64,000 nucleotides of DNA from an uncultured Chitinophagaceae bacterium (GTDB lineage: Bacteria; Bacteroidota; Bacteroidia; Chitinophagales; Chitinophagaceae). The number at the start of each line of letters is the position of its first letter. Position 1 is the stretch's first letter. The stretch spans positions 20,139 to 84,138 of the forward strand of contig CAVRFP010000011.1 in NCBI GenBank assembly GCA_963720405.1. Direction: 5' to 3'. The position numbers and the translations under genes were made by a program. This document shows positions 21,156 to 32,665 of this stretch, one piece after another. The notes under the pieces are model-generated. The model had not been told where the DNA came from. It saw only the letters and a list, made by a program, of their open reading frames with translations, and searched no databases.

Positions 21156-22036
21156 TCCATGAATTAAAATGCAAATATTCTAAGATAGGCCTATCGCGTA
21201 TTTGCAGATTATTTGGTATCAGCCGCCAGGCATATTATCAACATTCATGGGAAGCAGAAGACGTACAAACGGCTGATTTACTAATATTAAAGGAAGTAAT
21301 GGTTATCAGAAAAGAGCATAAAGTTATTGGTGCCAGGAAGCTGCATGACATGCTCCAGCCCTTTATGATGGAACATTGTATAAAGATGGGAAGAGATGCT
21401 TTGTTTGACTTGCTGGCTGCTAATCAGTTACTGATAAAGAAAAGAAAGCGAAAGATACAAACAACTTATTCCAATCATTGGCTTAGAAAGTATCCGAATT
21501 TAATCAGGGATTTTATTCCCATAGCGATCAACCAATTATGGGTTAGCGATATCACATATTGGAAGATAGCTACGGGCGAACATCTTTATGTTAGTTTAAT
21601 CACTGATGCTTACTCCCGCAAAATAGTTGGCTATCATGTAGCAGAAACAATGGAAGCCATCAAAAGCATTCAAGCGCTGCAAATGGCCCTTGCAGCCCTT
21701 GATGGGGCTGCTGTGCCATTGCAGCTTACCCATCACAGTGACAGAGGAATACAGTATTGCAGTAGCAAGTATGTAAAGCTATTGCAGGACAATGCCATCA
21801 GGATCAGTATGACCGAAAATGGAGATCCATTAGAAAACGCTATCGCTGAAAGAGTGAATGGAATAATCAAAGAAGAATACCTAAACAACTACCAAACTGA
21901 AAATTTACAGGAAGCAACCAAACAATTAAAAAAGGCTATTAATCTCTACAACAACGACAGGCCACACATGAGCATTAGCAATTTAACTCCGACCCAATTA
22001 CATAACAATCAAAAAATAAACCATCAGAGACTATAG
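21135..22036 (+). CDS. IS3 OrfB DDE transposase, 30 aa shorter through TGG>TAG (first ATG 21299)
   Basis: Same DDE motifs as copy 1; premature stop at 22034-22036. Confidence 0.85.
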
Positions 22037-22516
22037 AAAAATTATTATAAAAAACTAAATAACTTTGAAAGCAAAAATGAAATAAATCCTGTAAACCTAT
22101 TACAGGATTTAACTATTAACTTGTAAACTTTTTTTAGGACGAGTCAGAATGAGTTTTGAAGATTTTATTTTTTACAAGATATTCTGGTTTTAAGAATGGT
22201 TCGTGAAGACACGAACCAGGGAGAGGGGTTTGCGTCTATCCCGTTACCCGTTCAAGATGACTGATTTTTTAACTCATCTAATACATTTTGCAGTGTTGGG
22301 CTGCGGCGGAAGTTTCATTTGATATTCGGCTACCACAGTTCGTGTCCTTCACGAAGCCGGAGTACAACTCACTTATAACTTATAACTTATCACCCAATTT
22401 ATCACTCACCACTTATAACCAAACACTCTCGCAAAAAGTTAAACCTCAAACAAATCGCTTCATTCGGCCCGATTTATACGTTCTTTACACGATTACGAAT
22501 TTTTTAAAATCCTTTA

Positions 22517-23272
22517 ATGCTCGCTATTTTATTGTTCTTTTTTTGCCATTGGTTCTTTTCGTTGTTTTTCCATTCGTTTTTCTTACATCGTTTTGCATCA
22601 CATCAAATGTACACCACCAGCAAAGGCTGGGAAAAAACCTTCTATTTCCTGACCTGGTTTTTCCAGGGTTCTTCATTTTTGGTACCAAGGGCTTATGCGG
22701 TCATGCACCGGATGCATCACACGTATAGCGACACGGAAAAAGATCCGCATTCACCGCATTTCTTTAAGGATATTTATCACATGATGCTTCATACTGCTGA
22801 AATTTTCAGCGCGTTTGTAACAGGAAAGAATCTACCTGAAGCACAGTTCACCAAAGAATATATTCCTGTGTGGGACAAGCTGGATAAAATAGGCCATCAT
22901 AATTTTACCAGGTTTCTTTTCGGTGCCTTTTATGTTTACTTTTATTTTGTATTCGCACCCAATTATTGGTGGTTTTTATTATTGCCAATTCATTTCCTGA
23001 TGGGCCCTATCCAGGGAGCGATCGTAAACTGGTTTGGCCACAAATTTGGCTATAGCAATTTTAATAACGGCGATCATTCAAAAAATACTACTCCATTTGG
23101 AATTATACTAATGGGGGAATTATTTCAAAACAATCACCACTTCGCTAAATTAGATCCCAACTTCGCCAAAAAATGGTACGAGCTTGATTTTACATATGTG
23201 ATCATGAAAGGCTTGCATGCCGTTCGGATCATCCGGTTGAAGCCGATCCTGGCAGAGCAAACAGTTGAGTAA
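22517..23272 (+). CDS. Acyl-CoA/fatty acid desaturase
   Basis: His boxes HRFASH, HRMHH and QNNHH; DTEKDPHSP motif. Confidence 0.92.
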   Translation: MLAILLFFFCHWFFSLFFHSFFLHRFASHQMYTTSKGWEKTFYFLTWFFQGSSFLVPRAYAVMHRMHHTYSDTEKDPHSPHFFKDIYHMMLHTAEIFSAFVTGKNLPEAQFTKEYIPVWDKLDKIGHHNFTRFLFGAFYVYFYFVFAPNYWWFLLLPIHFLMGPIQGAIVNWFGHKFGYSNFNNGDHSKNTTPFGIILMGELFQNNHHFAKLDPNFAKKWYELDFTYVIMKGLHAVRIIRLKPILAEQTVE

Positions 23273-23315
23273 TTCATGAGAGATTTTTAAAACTTTGATT
23301 TGTCAAAGTGTTCTG

Positions 23316-23411
23316 AGTACTGGCGCCGGTCTTCTGACCGGTGACTGATCGTTACTAAAGTTTGCTTAATAAGTAACGAAGACACCCGGTCAGGAGACCT
23401 GCGCGAGAGCG
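23316..23411 (-). repeat. REPIN family F copy
   Basis: Reverse-complement homologue of 12170-12266. Confidence 0.85.
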
Positions 23412-23595
23412 TTGTTATTTTTTTACTTTTAAAATCTAAAATAAAAAGTCCACCGAGTAAAAATGTTGACCGCTTGTGGATGCCGAAAAATGTACTGCCT
23501 GAAGCATAATTCCATCTTAAAAGTGTCGGCTAAAAAGTTATTTCTGACTCTCTTTACCTTTAAACTCCGTAAAGGTCTTTCCATCATAACCTTAC

Positions 23596-24135
23596 TCAGC
23601 AGCCGCCTTTGCGAGGGGCACGTTTATAAATTATTTTACTATCTCGTTCTACATAGTCGCCCCATACTATTGGATATGAATACTTGGGCGCGTGCGATAC
23701 GGCATGGCCTTTTATAATTATATTGTCGTTAACCTTCAGGCTATGCAATTGCTCAAGTTGAGACTTTTCCGGCTCAAATTTTACAATATAATCGTCACCA
23801 TTAATCCTGACCATCACTCCAAAACCTAATCTTGAGCCTGGCGGAAGAGAAAGAGAGGTTACAACAGCCTCCATATTGGTAAAAGCACTTATATGCTTCC
23901 TTATTTTAGCTTCAGCGGCATACACTTTTTTACCTGCGGGAGACGCTTCCCATTTTTTGAAATTTATACCATCAGGGGTAGCCTCCCATTTTTCCCTTTC
24001 GGTTTTCATTTCAGCAGCAGAGAGTGGCTTTGGGGTTGATTTTTTAGAAGTTTCATTTTGGATTTCGTGATTAGCAAATACTAGTCCGCCTACCACAACC
24101 AGCGGTAAGATCAGCGCATAAATAAGTTTTTTCAT
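23596..24135 (-). CDS. Exported hypothetical protein (possible OB-fold)
   Basis: N-terminal hydrophobic segment; LKVNDNIIIKG strand pattern; ends GGC. Confidence 0.7.
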   Translation of the reverse strand: MKKLIYALILPLVVVGGLVFANHEIQNETSKKSTPKPLSAAEMKTEREKWEATPDGINFKKWEASPAGKKVYAAEAKIRKHISAFTNMEAVVTSLSLPPGSRLGFGVMVRINGDDYIVKFEPEKSQLEQLHSLKVNDNIIIKGHAVSHAPKYSYPIVWGDYVERDSKIIYKRAPRKGGC

Positions 24136-24233
24136 TTTTTGGTAGTTTTAATTAACATCGATCTATCTCCTGATAAATCAGATCCGTTTAAGGCATTTCT
24201 GAGTCGGGCTTGAACAAAAAAAGTCTTTGAATA

Positions 24234-24806
24234 CTAATTGGCTTTATCGAATACGGTCTTCCAGGAACGCTCGCCGCCGAATAAGTTTGATTTTGCATTG
24301 GCCTGAACAGAAATAGACTTGCCATCATTGCTCAACTTCCAAACCTCTGTTACGTAAACAAATGCTTGTTTCTGAACATTTACATGGTAAGGAGTGGCAA
24401 CCATCATGTGTACAATTGAGTTAACAGTCATAGTTTGTCCGTCAGCTGACAACTTTACGGTAAACTTCTTTCCTCTTTCCCGGCCATGATTAATTTGGCT
24501 TTGTTTACCGTCGAAGGCCAGGTTCTCCTGGCTTGTAGTCAGCGCTGCGCCAGGAGACGGGCTTGGCACTTCTATTGTCAGAAAATCTGCCTGCTCTGCT
24601 ATTTTCATTGTTTTAGATAGCATACGATCACCTTCGTCATATGAGCAAACAATATTTCCGCCCATACTTATCGACTCTTTGGATTTCCATTCGCCAGAGA
24701 AGTTAGCACGATGAGTGCCATTTTTTTGCTGAGCCTGTACGGCAAAATAAATTACTCCTGTTAACAGAATAATCAGGCACGACAAAACGTTTCTTTTATT
24801 TTTCAT
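24234..24806 (-). CDS. Secreted hypothetical protein (lipocalin-like barrel)
   Basis: Signal peptide; ANFSGEWK and repeated LSxDG motifs. Confidence 0.7.
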   Translation of the reverse strand: MKNKRNVLSCLIILLTGVIYFAVQAQQKNGTHRANFSGEWKSKESISMGGNIVCSYDEGDRMLSKTMKIAEQADFLTIEVPSPSPGAALTTSQENLAFDGKQSQINHGRERGKKFTVKLSADGQTMTVNSIVHMMVATPYHVNVQKQAFVYVTEVWKLSNDGKSISVQANAKSNLFGGERSWKTVFDKAN

Positions 24807-24988
24807 TTGTTTATTTTTTGCGTTTTAATGGTAATGAGCGATCATGATTTACCCCGCGGGTTTCGGCAAAATCATGATGGTTTCATATCCTTTCAAAATT
24901 ATACAACAAAAATACTTTGATAATTTTCAGACGGCGGAATTTGGATTGTAATTAATAGTGTAAACTTTGTAAATAATTTCTTGACATT

Positions 24989-25879
24989 ATGCTTGTTAGA
25001 AGAAATCTCTTGCCAGTCAAACGAAAGCACCTGGGCGGATTATTACTACTCACGTTTATCTCTATAGTCTTCGTGGCTTTCAGCATGACCGGCAATGATG
25101 ACTTTGACTTTGCCAGAAGGGAAATTTTGCTTCGTCGAATCGGACATGAAATACTCCTTCAGTCGGGCGACAGTACATCACGGGTACTTCCAGTAAAAAA
25201 GATCGCCAAAAATGAATACCAGATCAGTTTCGAGAATGCGTTTACTTTTCAACCCGAATCCCTGGTGAATACTACTCAGCGTTTGTTAGCCAAAGACCCG
25301 CTCGCAAGTGATTACGTTGTTAATGTACTGAACTGTGCCAATGCCAGTGTAGCCTATGGATATGCTATATCAAAAAATAAGAAAGATGATATTGTAACAT
25401 GTATAGGAAGAAGGCAACCCATAGCGTGTTACATGATTAACATTCAATTCAAACCGGCTGGAATAATTACGGCAAAGAATGAATATTTTTTAGGCGGTCT
25501 GTTATTTTTAGGACTTGTTGGATTTATTTTATTGAGATCTGTTAAGCCGCTGAAGGCTTTACCTGACAGTCAGCCCACTGGTATGTTCACTTTGGGGTCA
25601 ATGTCGTTCGACACGGAGACCCGTAAGCTCATGATAAATGGAACGGCCATAGGCCTCACCAAAACTGAAACCCGTGTGCTACGCATTTTTGCCTTATCTC
25701 CCAACGAGGCTATAGAGCGAAGCCGGCTGCAAAAAGAGATTTGGGAAGATGAAGGTGTTATAGTAGGCCGCAGCCTCGATATGTTCATTTCAAAACTTAG
25801 AAAAAAACTGGAATTTGATCCGAATATCAAAATTGTTGTTATACGCGGCAAAGGATATAAGCTTGAAATCAGCTCTTAA
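24989..25879 (+). CDS. Membrane-anchored winged-helix (OmpR/PhoB-type DNA-binding) regulator
   Basis: Two TM segments, then LTKTETRVL...RSLDMFISKLRKKL...IRGKGYKL; no receiver domain. Confidence 0.88.
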   Translation: MLVRRNLLPVKRKHLGGLLLLTFISIVFVAFSMTGNDDFDFARREILLRRIGHEILLQSGDSTSRVLPVKKIAKNEYQISFENAFTFQPESLVNTTQRLLAKDPLASDYVVNVLNCANASVAYGYAISKNKKDDIVTCIGRRQPIACYMINIQFKPAGIITAKNEYFLGGLLFLGLVGFILLRSVKPLKALPDSQPTGMFTLGSMSFDTETRKLMINGTAIGLTKTETRVLRIFALSPNEAIERSRLQKEIWEDEGVIVGRSLDMFISKLRKKLEFDPNIKIVVIRGKGYKLEISS

Positions 25880-26065
25880 GAAGATCTTCCCGCTCCAAAC
25901 TGATGTTATTAGAATTCAATTTGGCATTTGTAAAAGTCTATAGTAACCCGGGCCTTGATTCGCGGCACACGAAACAATGTTTTTAACGAATGAAGAATAT
26001 TTACGAAATCCTTTAAATTTCTGATCTTAATGAATACATTTGATTAAAGCCACCTTTCTAACTGC

Positions 26066-28924
26066 ATGAGATCCGTTTACTTCCTCTTTCTATTTGCCAT
26101 TGCAACCAATGCACAGGCCCAGATTATTACAACTTTTGCAGGCAACGGATCGGCAGGTAGTTCAGGCAATGGCGGCCCTGCTATTTCAGCGCAGTTATTT
26201 GATGCGCAAACTGTATGTATTGACAATTCAGGAAATATTTACATTGCTGATCACGGTAATCATGTGATACGAAAAGTAAATACTTCGGGCATCATCTCCA
26301 TCTTTGCAGGGAATGGAGCTCTTGGTTATTTGGGAGATGGAGGGCCTGCTACTTCCGCACAATTGGGCTATCCCTATGGAGTTTGCGCCGACGCCGCAGG
26401 CAATATTTATATAACAGACGATTATTCCCACACCATAAGAAAGGTAGATATAAATGGCATTATTTCTACTGTTGCGGGAAATGGAAATTTTGGTTATTCC
26501 GGAGATGGCGGCCTTGCCATAAATGCTGAATTATATGCACCATGCTCCATTTGTACGGATAACATCGGTAATATTTATTTTGTCGAATTTGGTACTGATA
26601 TCATAAGAAAGATCAATAATAGTGGAATAATTTCAACGGTGGCAGGCACACCCTGGATAAATGGAAATTATGGAGATGGAGGTTTGGCCATCGAAGCACA
26701 ATTATCATCACCTACCGGCGTAAGTGTTGACAATGCAGGAAATATATATATTGCAGACGTTGGCAATTGTGTAATACGAAAAGTAGATCCTTCAGGTATT
26801 ATTACAACATTTGCCGGAGGTGCCGGCATTGATTATGCTGGTGATGGCGGCCCCGCCACGTTAGCGCAGTTACGATTTCCATATTTTGTACATGCAGATA
26901 ATAACGGAAATGTGTTCATTTCAGATACGGGCAATGGAGTTTTGAGGATGGTAAATAGTGCCGGAGTAATAGTTACAATTGCAGGCAATGGTATTTTGGG
27001 CTATTCGGGAGATGGTGGTCCGGCAACTTCAGCACAATTGGCAGCGCCTGGCGGGATGTGTATTGATAATTCCGGTAATATTTATATAGCCGATGGGGGC
27101 GCACATGTTGTAAGAAAAATAGGTGCGTGCCCGATTATTTTAATTTCTCTCCAACCCAAGGACCAGTCCTTATGTAGTTCAGGAGACGTAAGTTTCACAA
27201 TTGATGTTACTGATGTAACTTCTTATCAGTGGCAGGTAAACACCGGCACGGGATGGAATGATGTGATCAACGATGATACTTATACTGGTTCAGCTGCCAG
27301 GCAGCTAAATGTAAAAGTTGTTGATCCATCCATGAATAATTACCAATACCGCTGTGTTCTAAAAAATGCGTGTGCGAACTTATTTTCCGCGACTGCTCAA
27401 CTTTTCGTAACAACTCCAAAACCTCCGGCTATTACTATTTCTACTTCTACTGACACTATTTGTGCAGGAAGCACTACAACCTTTGTGGCTTTGCCGGCGA
27501 ATGAAGGAGCAACGCCATTATACCAATGGAAAAAAAATGGCGGTAAGATTGCAACAGGTAGCTCTTACGTTTCAAACAATATAAACGACGGTGATGTTAT
27601 CACTTGCGTACTTACATCAAATTACACTTGTATCACAACAAATACGGCTGAAAGTAATGCGATTACGATGAAGGTAAATCCTCAATTAACTCCATCTGTT
27701 ATCATATCAGCTTCAGCTAATAATATATGTGGCGGCACACCTGTTACATTTTCATCAGCCACTACTAATGCTGGTGATGCACCATTATTTCAATGGCAAA
27801 AGAACGGAATAAATACAGGTACTGATTTAGGAAATTATGTTGATAGCTCACTTAAAGATGCTGATGTTATTACTTGCGTTTTAACTGCAGGTTATAAGTG
27901 CGCAAATGTTTCCTCAATAAGCAGCAACATTATTGTAATGGATGTCACATCGGTCATGGCACCATCGGTTACGATATCAACGCCAAGAACTACCATTTGC
28001 CCGAAAAGAACTATTTCATTTCTTGCAACACCCGAAAATGGTGGCACTGCTACAGGTTATCAGTGGAAAAAAAATGACCTACGGGTGGGAACAAATGCGA
28101 ATACCTACACTGACAGCAATATTATAAATGGTGATGTCGTCAAATGTAGCGTCACATTTAATGACAGGTGTCTTATTGATCTTCTTGTAACCAGTAATGA
28201 CATTGCAATTACGGTATTGAAAAATCCTGTGATTGATTTGGATAAAACTAATACACTATGCGCCGGCAAGAGCAGGCTTCTTGATGCAGGAAATAATAGT
28301 TCTTTTTTATGGAACGATGGAAGCACCGGCAGAAACTTATTGGTAAATAAAACAGGAATGTATTCTGTAATCGTAACAGATAATAACGGCTGCAGTGGAA
28401 CTGATACAACTTTGATTAATTCAATTGTGCCGGGTCCAGCCGGCTTTTTACCAGGTGATACATCTGTTTGCTCTTACGGCTCAGTTTCTTTGGTGGCAAA
28501 GCAGGGATATTTAAATTATTTGTGGAGTAATAATTCAACATCATCAGCCATATCCATAGAGAAGCCGGGACTTTACTGGCTGCAGGTCACCGATTTTAAT
28601 AATTGTACGGGAAAAGAATCTATAAATGTGTTGCTGAAAGACTGTATGCAAGGATTTTTCGCACCGAATGCTTTTACGCCTAATAATGATGGGAAGAATG
28701 ATATTTTTAAACCATTGCTTTTCGGAATTGTGAGAAGCTATGCCTTTACTATTTATAACCGTTTTGGACAAACGGTTTTTAAAAATAATAATGTAACATT
28801 GGGATGGGACGGCACCTTTAAGGGATTGAAATTGGATAGCGATGTTTATGTGTGGGTTTGTTCCTATCAGATTGAAGGTCAAAATACCGAAGTAAAAAAA
28901 GGCACCGTATTCTTAATCAGATAG
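26066..28924 (+). CDS. NHL-repeat / Ig-like surface protein with T9SS type-B (gliding-motility C-terminal) sorting domain
   Basis: Repeated GDGGPA...GNIYIAD, YQWxKNG Ig repeats, and C-terminal PNAFTPNNDGKND...IYNRFGQ...WDG. Confidence 0.92.
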   Translation: MRSVYFLFLFAIATNAQAQIITTFAGNGSAGSSGNGGPAISAQLFDAQTVCIDNSGNIYIADHGNHVIRKVNTSGIISIFAGNGALGYLGDGGPATSAQLGYPYGVCADAAGNIYITDDYSHTIRKVDINGIISTVAGNGNFGYSGDGGLAINAELYAPCSICTDNIGNIYFVEFGTDIIRKINNSGIISTVAGTPWINGNYGDGGLAIEAQLSSPTGVSVDNAGNIYIADVGNCVIRKVDPSGIITTFAGGAGIDYAGDGGPATLAQLRFPYFVHADNNGNVFISDTGNGVLRMVNSAGVIVTIAGNGILGYSGDGGPATSAQLAAPGGMCIDNSGNIYIADGGAHVVRKIGACPIILISLQPKDQSLCSSGDVSFTIDVTDVTSYQWQVNTGTGWNDVINDDTYTGSAARQLNVKVVDPSMNNYQYRCVLKNACANLFSATAQLFVTTPKPPAITISTSTDTICAGSTTTFVALPANEGATPLYQWKKNGGKIATGSSYVSNNINDGDVITCVLTSNYTCITTNTAESNAITMKVNPQLTPSVIISASANNICGGTPVTFSSATTNAGDAPLFQWQKNGINTGTDLGNYVDSSLKDADVITCVLTAGYKCANVSSISSNIIVMDVTSVMAPSVTISTPRTTICPKRTISFLATPENGGTATGYQWKKNDLRVGTNANTYTDSNIINGDVVKCSVTFNDRCLIDLLVTSNDIAITVLKNPVIDLDKTNTLCAGKSRLLDAGNNSSFLWNDGSTGRNLLVNKTGMYSVIVTDNNGCSGTDTTLINSIVPGPAGFLPGDTSVCSYGSVSLVAKQGYLNYLWSNNSTSSAISIEKPGLYWLQVTDFNNCTGKESINVLLKDCMQGFFAPNAFTPNNDGKNDIFKPLLFGIVRSYAFTIYNRFGQTVFKNNNVTLGWDGTFKGLKLDSDVYVWVCSYQIEGQNTEVKKGTVFLIR

Positions 28925-29317
28925 AAATAATTCAATTGCGGGATAGCTCAGGATAGGCTGCTGATTTTATTTTCATTTTACCGGAGATGCAATATTCCTC
29001 CCGCTATCCGCACTTCCCATTAAATCGAAAAACAGCGCTGTCCTGAGTTTATTTCAAAGGAAGAAGGCGCATTTTTCTTCGGGTGAATAATTAATAATAA
29101 CGTATAATCGAAAAAACCAGCAGCCGAATTTTCCAATAGAGCTAATAACAATTTTTTTAAAGGAATTGCTGATTCCTACTTTTTGGTTTATTTCAATTTC
29201 CCCGTGGCATATATTTAGAGTTCAGGTTCACTACACCTATATAGCTGTACTTATATTTATTTCATAAGATAAGACTGCTGTCCTGAAGTACTACCTGGCA
29301 AAGTAGCAATTTATTAT

Positions 29318-30357
29318 TTACACATTGTCCGGATATGCTGAAATATATTTCTTGCCTGTGGGGTCTATTGATGTCAAACCTTTACCTCCGAAAAAAGGAA
29401 CTCCATCTTCTTCAGCTACATAAACTCTTTTGAATCTTTCAGGATGCAAAACTGCTTTACATATTTCCTTGTGTCCGATTGGTAAGATTTTTTCAGCGTT
29501 ATCAAGTAAGTAATCAATTATTGAATTTACGATGGGAATGTGATACGAACCATCAAGTCGTTGATCCATCTGATTGAGTGGAACTGAATAATTCCGCACT
29601 TCATATTCTGAATTGAAAAACTCTGGTTTAAGTTTTTCAATTGGTTGCAACTTAAGTGACTTGATTAAAAGTTGTTCTGCTTTATCAAGTAAATCATTTG
29701 ACTTGTCTCGCAACTCAAATGATTTTAAGATTTTTTCATTGATACTTCTTCTGATTTTTTGGAAGGATACGGGATTTGAAGATTGTCAAGATGCTCGGGT
29801 TCTATATGCTGAATTACTGCTCCATAATTATTTGTTATCAAAACTAGTATTCCTGTTTGTGTTTTGAAGTAAGCATAAATCAAACCCGTGTCAATTGGAT
29901 TCACCGCCTCAATTCTCAAAAGGTCATGGCTGAATATTTTATTGTCAAGAGTTTTAGAAACTAGTGTTGCTTTTCCAATTGTGCCTGAACAAGTCATCAG
30001 AATTTGATTTTGCTTTACTCGTAAAGAATCAATGTTTGTCTTGGTTAAGTGAGATATAAAAAGTTCAGGTTTTGGTTTCGTATCTAAAATTTGTGAAGGT
30101 TGGTAAATAGGAAAATCAGATTTTTCTACAAACACTCTTTTAAAACGCAATCTGTGATATGCCGTTGAAATGCCGTTTGTTCCGCAAAGCGGAACAATGG
30201 GAAACTTGCAACGCTTCAAATCTTCTTTTGCTTTCTTGGCTTCAACATTAAATACAGATGCTTCAAAACGATACTTCGCTTGCTCAACTTCGTTGCTAGT
30301 TACTGTTGTCCATTTCAAATCTGTTACCATGATAGTCCCGGCTATCCGTAGAATCAT
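29318..30357 (-). pseudogene. Restriction-modification specificity (HsdS-like) subunit, frameshifted and truncated
   Basis: ILMTCSGTIG, YGAVIQHIEPEHL and QIP TRD motifs. Frame break near 29755; the second TRD stops early. Confidence 0.75.
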
Positions 30358-30482
30358 TAAAAATAAACAGAAACGCTGTCCATATGTTTTGTAACTATGG
30401 ACAACTAAGAATCATACTTTTCCTCAGTCAGTATTCGTGCTGATGGTTTCGCAGCCAGGCTATCACCAGTAAAAACGTAATA

Positions 30483-30518
30483 AACTATTTTTTGGCTTAT
30501 GAGGCATAATAGTTTTTT
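30483..30518 (+). repeat. 36-bp direct repeat, left copy
   Basis: AACTATTTTTTGGCTTATGAGGCATAATAGTTTTTT; one mismatch to 32666-32701. Confidence 0.9.
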
Positions 30519-30798
30519 ATAAAAATATAGCTGGTAAGATTAAACGAAAATGGTTTTTGCTGTTGTATTTCTTACGCTTTTTGTTCCGGACCGAAAATAC
30601 TTTTATCGGCAATAGTAGTTATCTTCATCATTGGTAACTTTATGGGTCTCACGTTCGGGGTGAAGAATATAAATTTGGCCGCCGGGCGCCTTGAACGTTG
30701 TGAGTTACATTGCAATCCCATCAGGTTTAATTTTGCAAGTTTAGCATACCGTAATTTTATAAAAGGCACATGATGAATATCCCGGCTAATTCTCATTT

Positions 30799-32204
30799 AT
30801 GAAAAATATATTGTTCCTTTTCTTTTTCCCGTTTGCTTTATCTGCACAAGACAATACAGCAATTTTTGAGTCATACATGAAAGGGCAGGCCGGTCAGTAT
30901 AATTTTAATGGCAATGTACTGGTTTCAAAAAATGGAAAAGTTATTTATGAGAGATCTTTTGGCTATGCTGATTACAATTCAAAAAAAGCTCCTGGACGAC
31001 TAACAGCGTTTTTGATGTTGGCTCTATTGCAAAGGAATTTACTGCAATGGGCATACTGCTGTTGAAAGATAAGGGTAAGATCAGCTATTCAGATACGCTT
31101 GGAAAATTCTTTCCAGAGCTTCCTTATACTAATGTTACAGTTCAGCAGTTACTTACGCATACTTCCGGCATGCCCGACGGATTTGAATTGGTAGAAAAGT
31201 ATTTTGACCACAGTAAAATAGCAACCAACGATGACCTTATCCACTTATTGGAAAGTAAAAAGCCAGCTCTTTTATTTAAGCCCGGTGAGAACCTGATGTA
31301 TTCAGGAACTGCCTTCAACCTATTGGCATCTATTATAGAGAAAATATCCGGGCAGTCTTATAAAATTTATATGGCTGAACAGATTTTTAAGCCGTTGGAA
31401 ATGATACATACCCAGGTTGCGAACGGTCCCCGGTCTGCCGGGAACATTCCCGGTTATGCCTATGGATATGTGTATTCCGATAGTTTGAATAAATATGTAC
31501 GAGCTGACAGCCAGCATTCCGGCTGGACAACTTATTTTGCAGGTATTACCGGGGAGGGTATGATTATTACCACAACCGGTGATCTTTTAAAATGGGATCG
31601 TGCGCTTAAAAATCATAGCCTTCTTAGAAAAACAACCCAGCAGGAAATGCTTTCTTTGCATGCGGAAAAAAAATTTCCGGCTGTTTCGTTCGGTTATGGA
31701 ATAAGGGTAGGGAAAAATGACTTTGGTAATTATATCTTTCATAACGGATATTTTCCCGGCTATTTAAGTATGCATCTGCGATACACTGATGACGATATAA
31801 CTGTGATTGTTTTATCTAACAATGAAACCCGTGCTGAATTTATTGCGGATGGTTTGGCGGCTATAACCTTAAACAAAAATATCTTGTTGCCCTATGTTCA
31901 CAAAGAGATGACACAAGCTAATATTTCTGACAAATATGTTGGCAAGTATATGATGCAGTTGACCAGGCCACCCTATATGGCAGTCTTTCCAATCGAATTC
32001 GTGAACAGGAATGACACATTATATATTCGTACTGCTGATGGAATTGACACGAAGCTAAAACCCGAGTCAGAAAAGAAGTTTTTTTTCACTAACGGAACTG
32101 ATCAGCAAATAGAATTTGAAACTGACAACGGCGGCAATCTTTTGAGGGTATGGCATATTGCATGGGGAGTAAGGAAGGAACTAAAAAAAATGAATGAATT
32201 TTAA
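30799..32204 (+). CDS. Serine hydrolase (beta-lactamase class C/PBP-like), split by a probable indel error near 30985-31000
   Basis: Joined reading gives SIAK (SxxK), LLTHTSG, YSG and HNG motifs after a signal peptide. Confidence 0.85.
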
Positions 32205-32281
32205 ATAAACCCATAAGGTACAAACGCAGAACAAAAAGTATCAATTACTTGCCGCAGACAAAGAAAAACCGGAAAATTGGA

Positions 32282-32665
32282 AGTATAGCAGCGCCTCAGC
32301 GGAGTCTGGGGTCTCAGCCGAGTCTCTCGCAGAGGACTTGGCGTGCAAGCATAGTCTTTATTTTGTATTTTCATTTTATGTCTGTAAAACAGTAAATCAT
32401 AGAGCCGGATGGAATTTATTTTATTACCGTAACGGAACGCCGAGTCCCCTCTGGGGGACTCGGCTGGGACCCAGTATAGCAGCGCCCTCAGCGGAGTCTG
32501 GGGGTCTCAGCCGAGTCTCTCGCAGAGGACTCGGCGTGTAACTATATTCTTTATTTTGTATTTTCATTTTATGTCTGCAAAACCGCAAATCATAAAGCCG
32601 GATCGAATTTATTTTATTGCCGTAACGGAACGCCGAGTCCCCTCTGGGAGACTCGGCTAGGACCC
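32282..32665. repeat. Tandem duplication (191 + 193 bp) of a REPIN (GCCGAGTC...GACTCGGC)
   Basis: Units 32282-32472 and 32473-32665, each with two GC-rich palindromes around an AT-rich spacer. Confidence 0.92.

Larger units (their letters stand above)
20717..22146 (+). mobile_element. IS3-family insertion sequence, copy 2 (1430 bp)
   Basis: Near-identical inverted copy of 10735-12166 with the same IRs. Confidence 0.95.
20668..22227. repeat. REP D inverted doublet (41-bp perfect arms) interrupted by IS copy 2
   Basis: 20668-20708 is the exact reverse complement of 22187-22227. Confidence 0.9.

Noticed and set aside
10735-22146. Demonstrated composite transposon
   Set aside because: No shared target duplication at the outer ends; kept only as a possibility.
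22288-22728. 146-aa ORF overlapping the desaturase, and other antisense or nested ORFs in the track
   Set aside because: Shadow frames of well-supported genes, with no motifs of their own.
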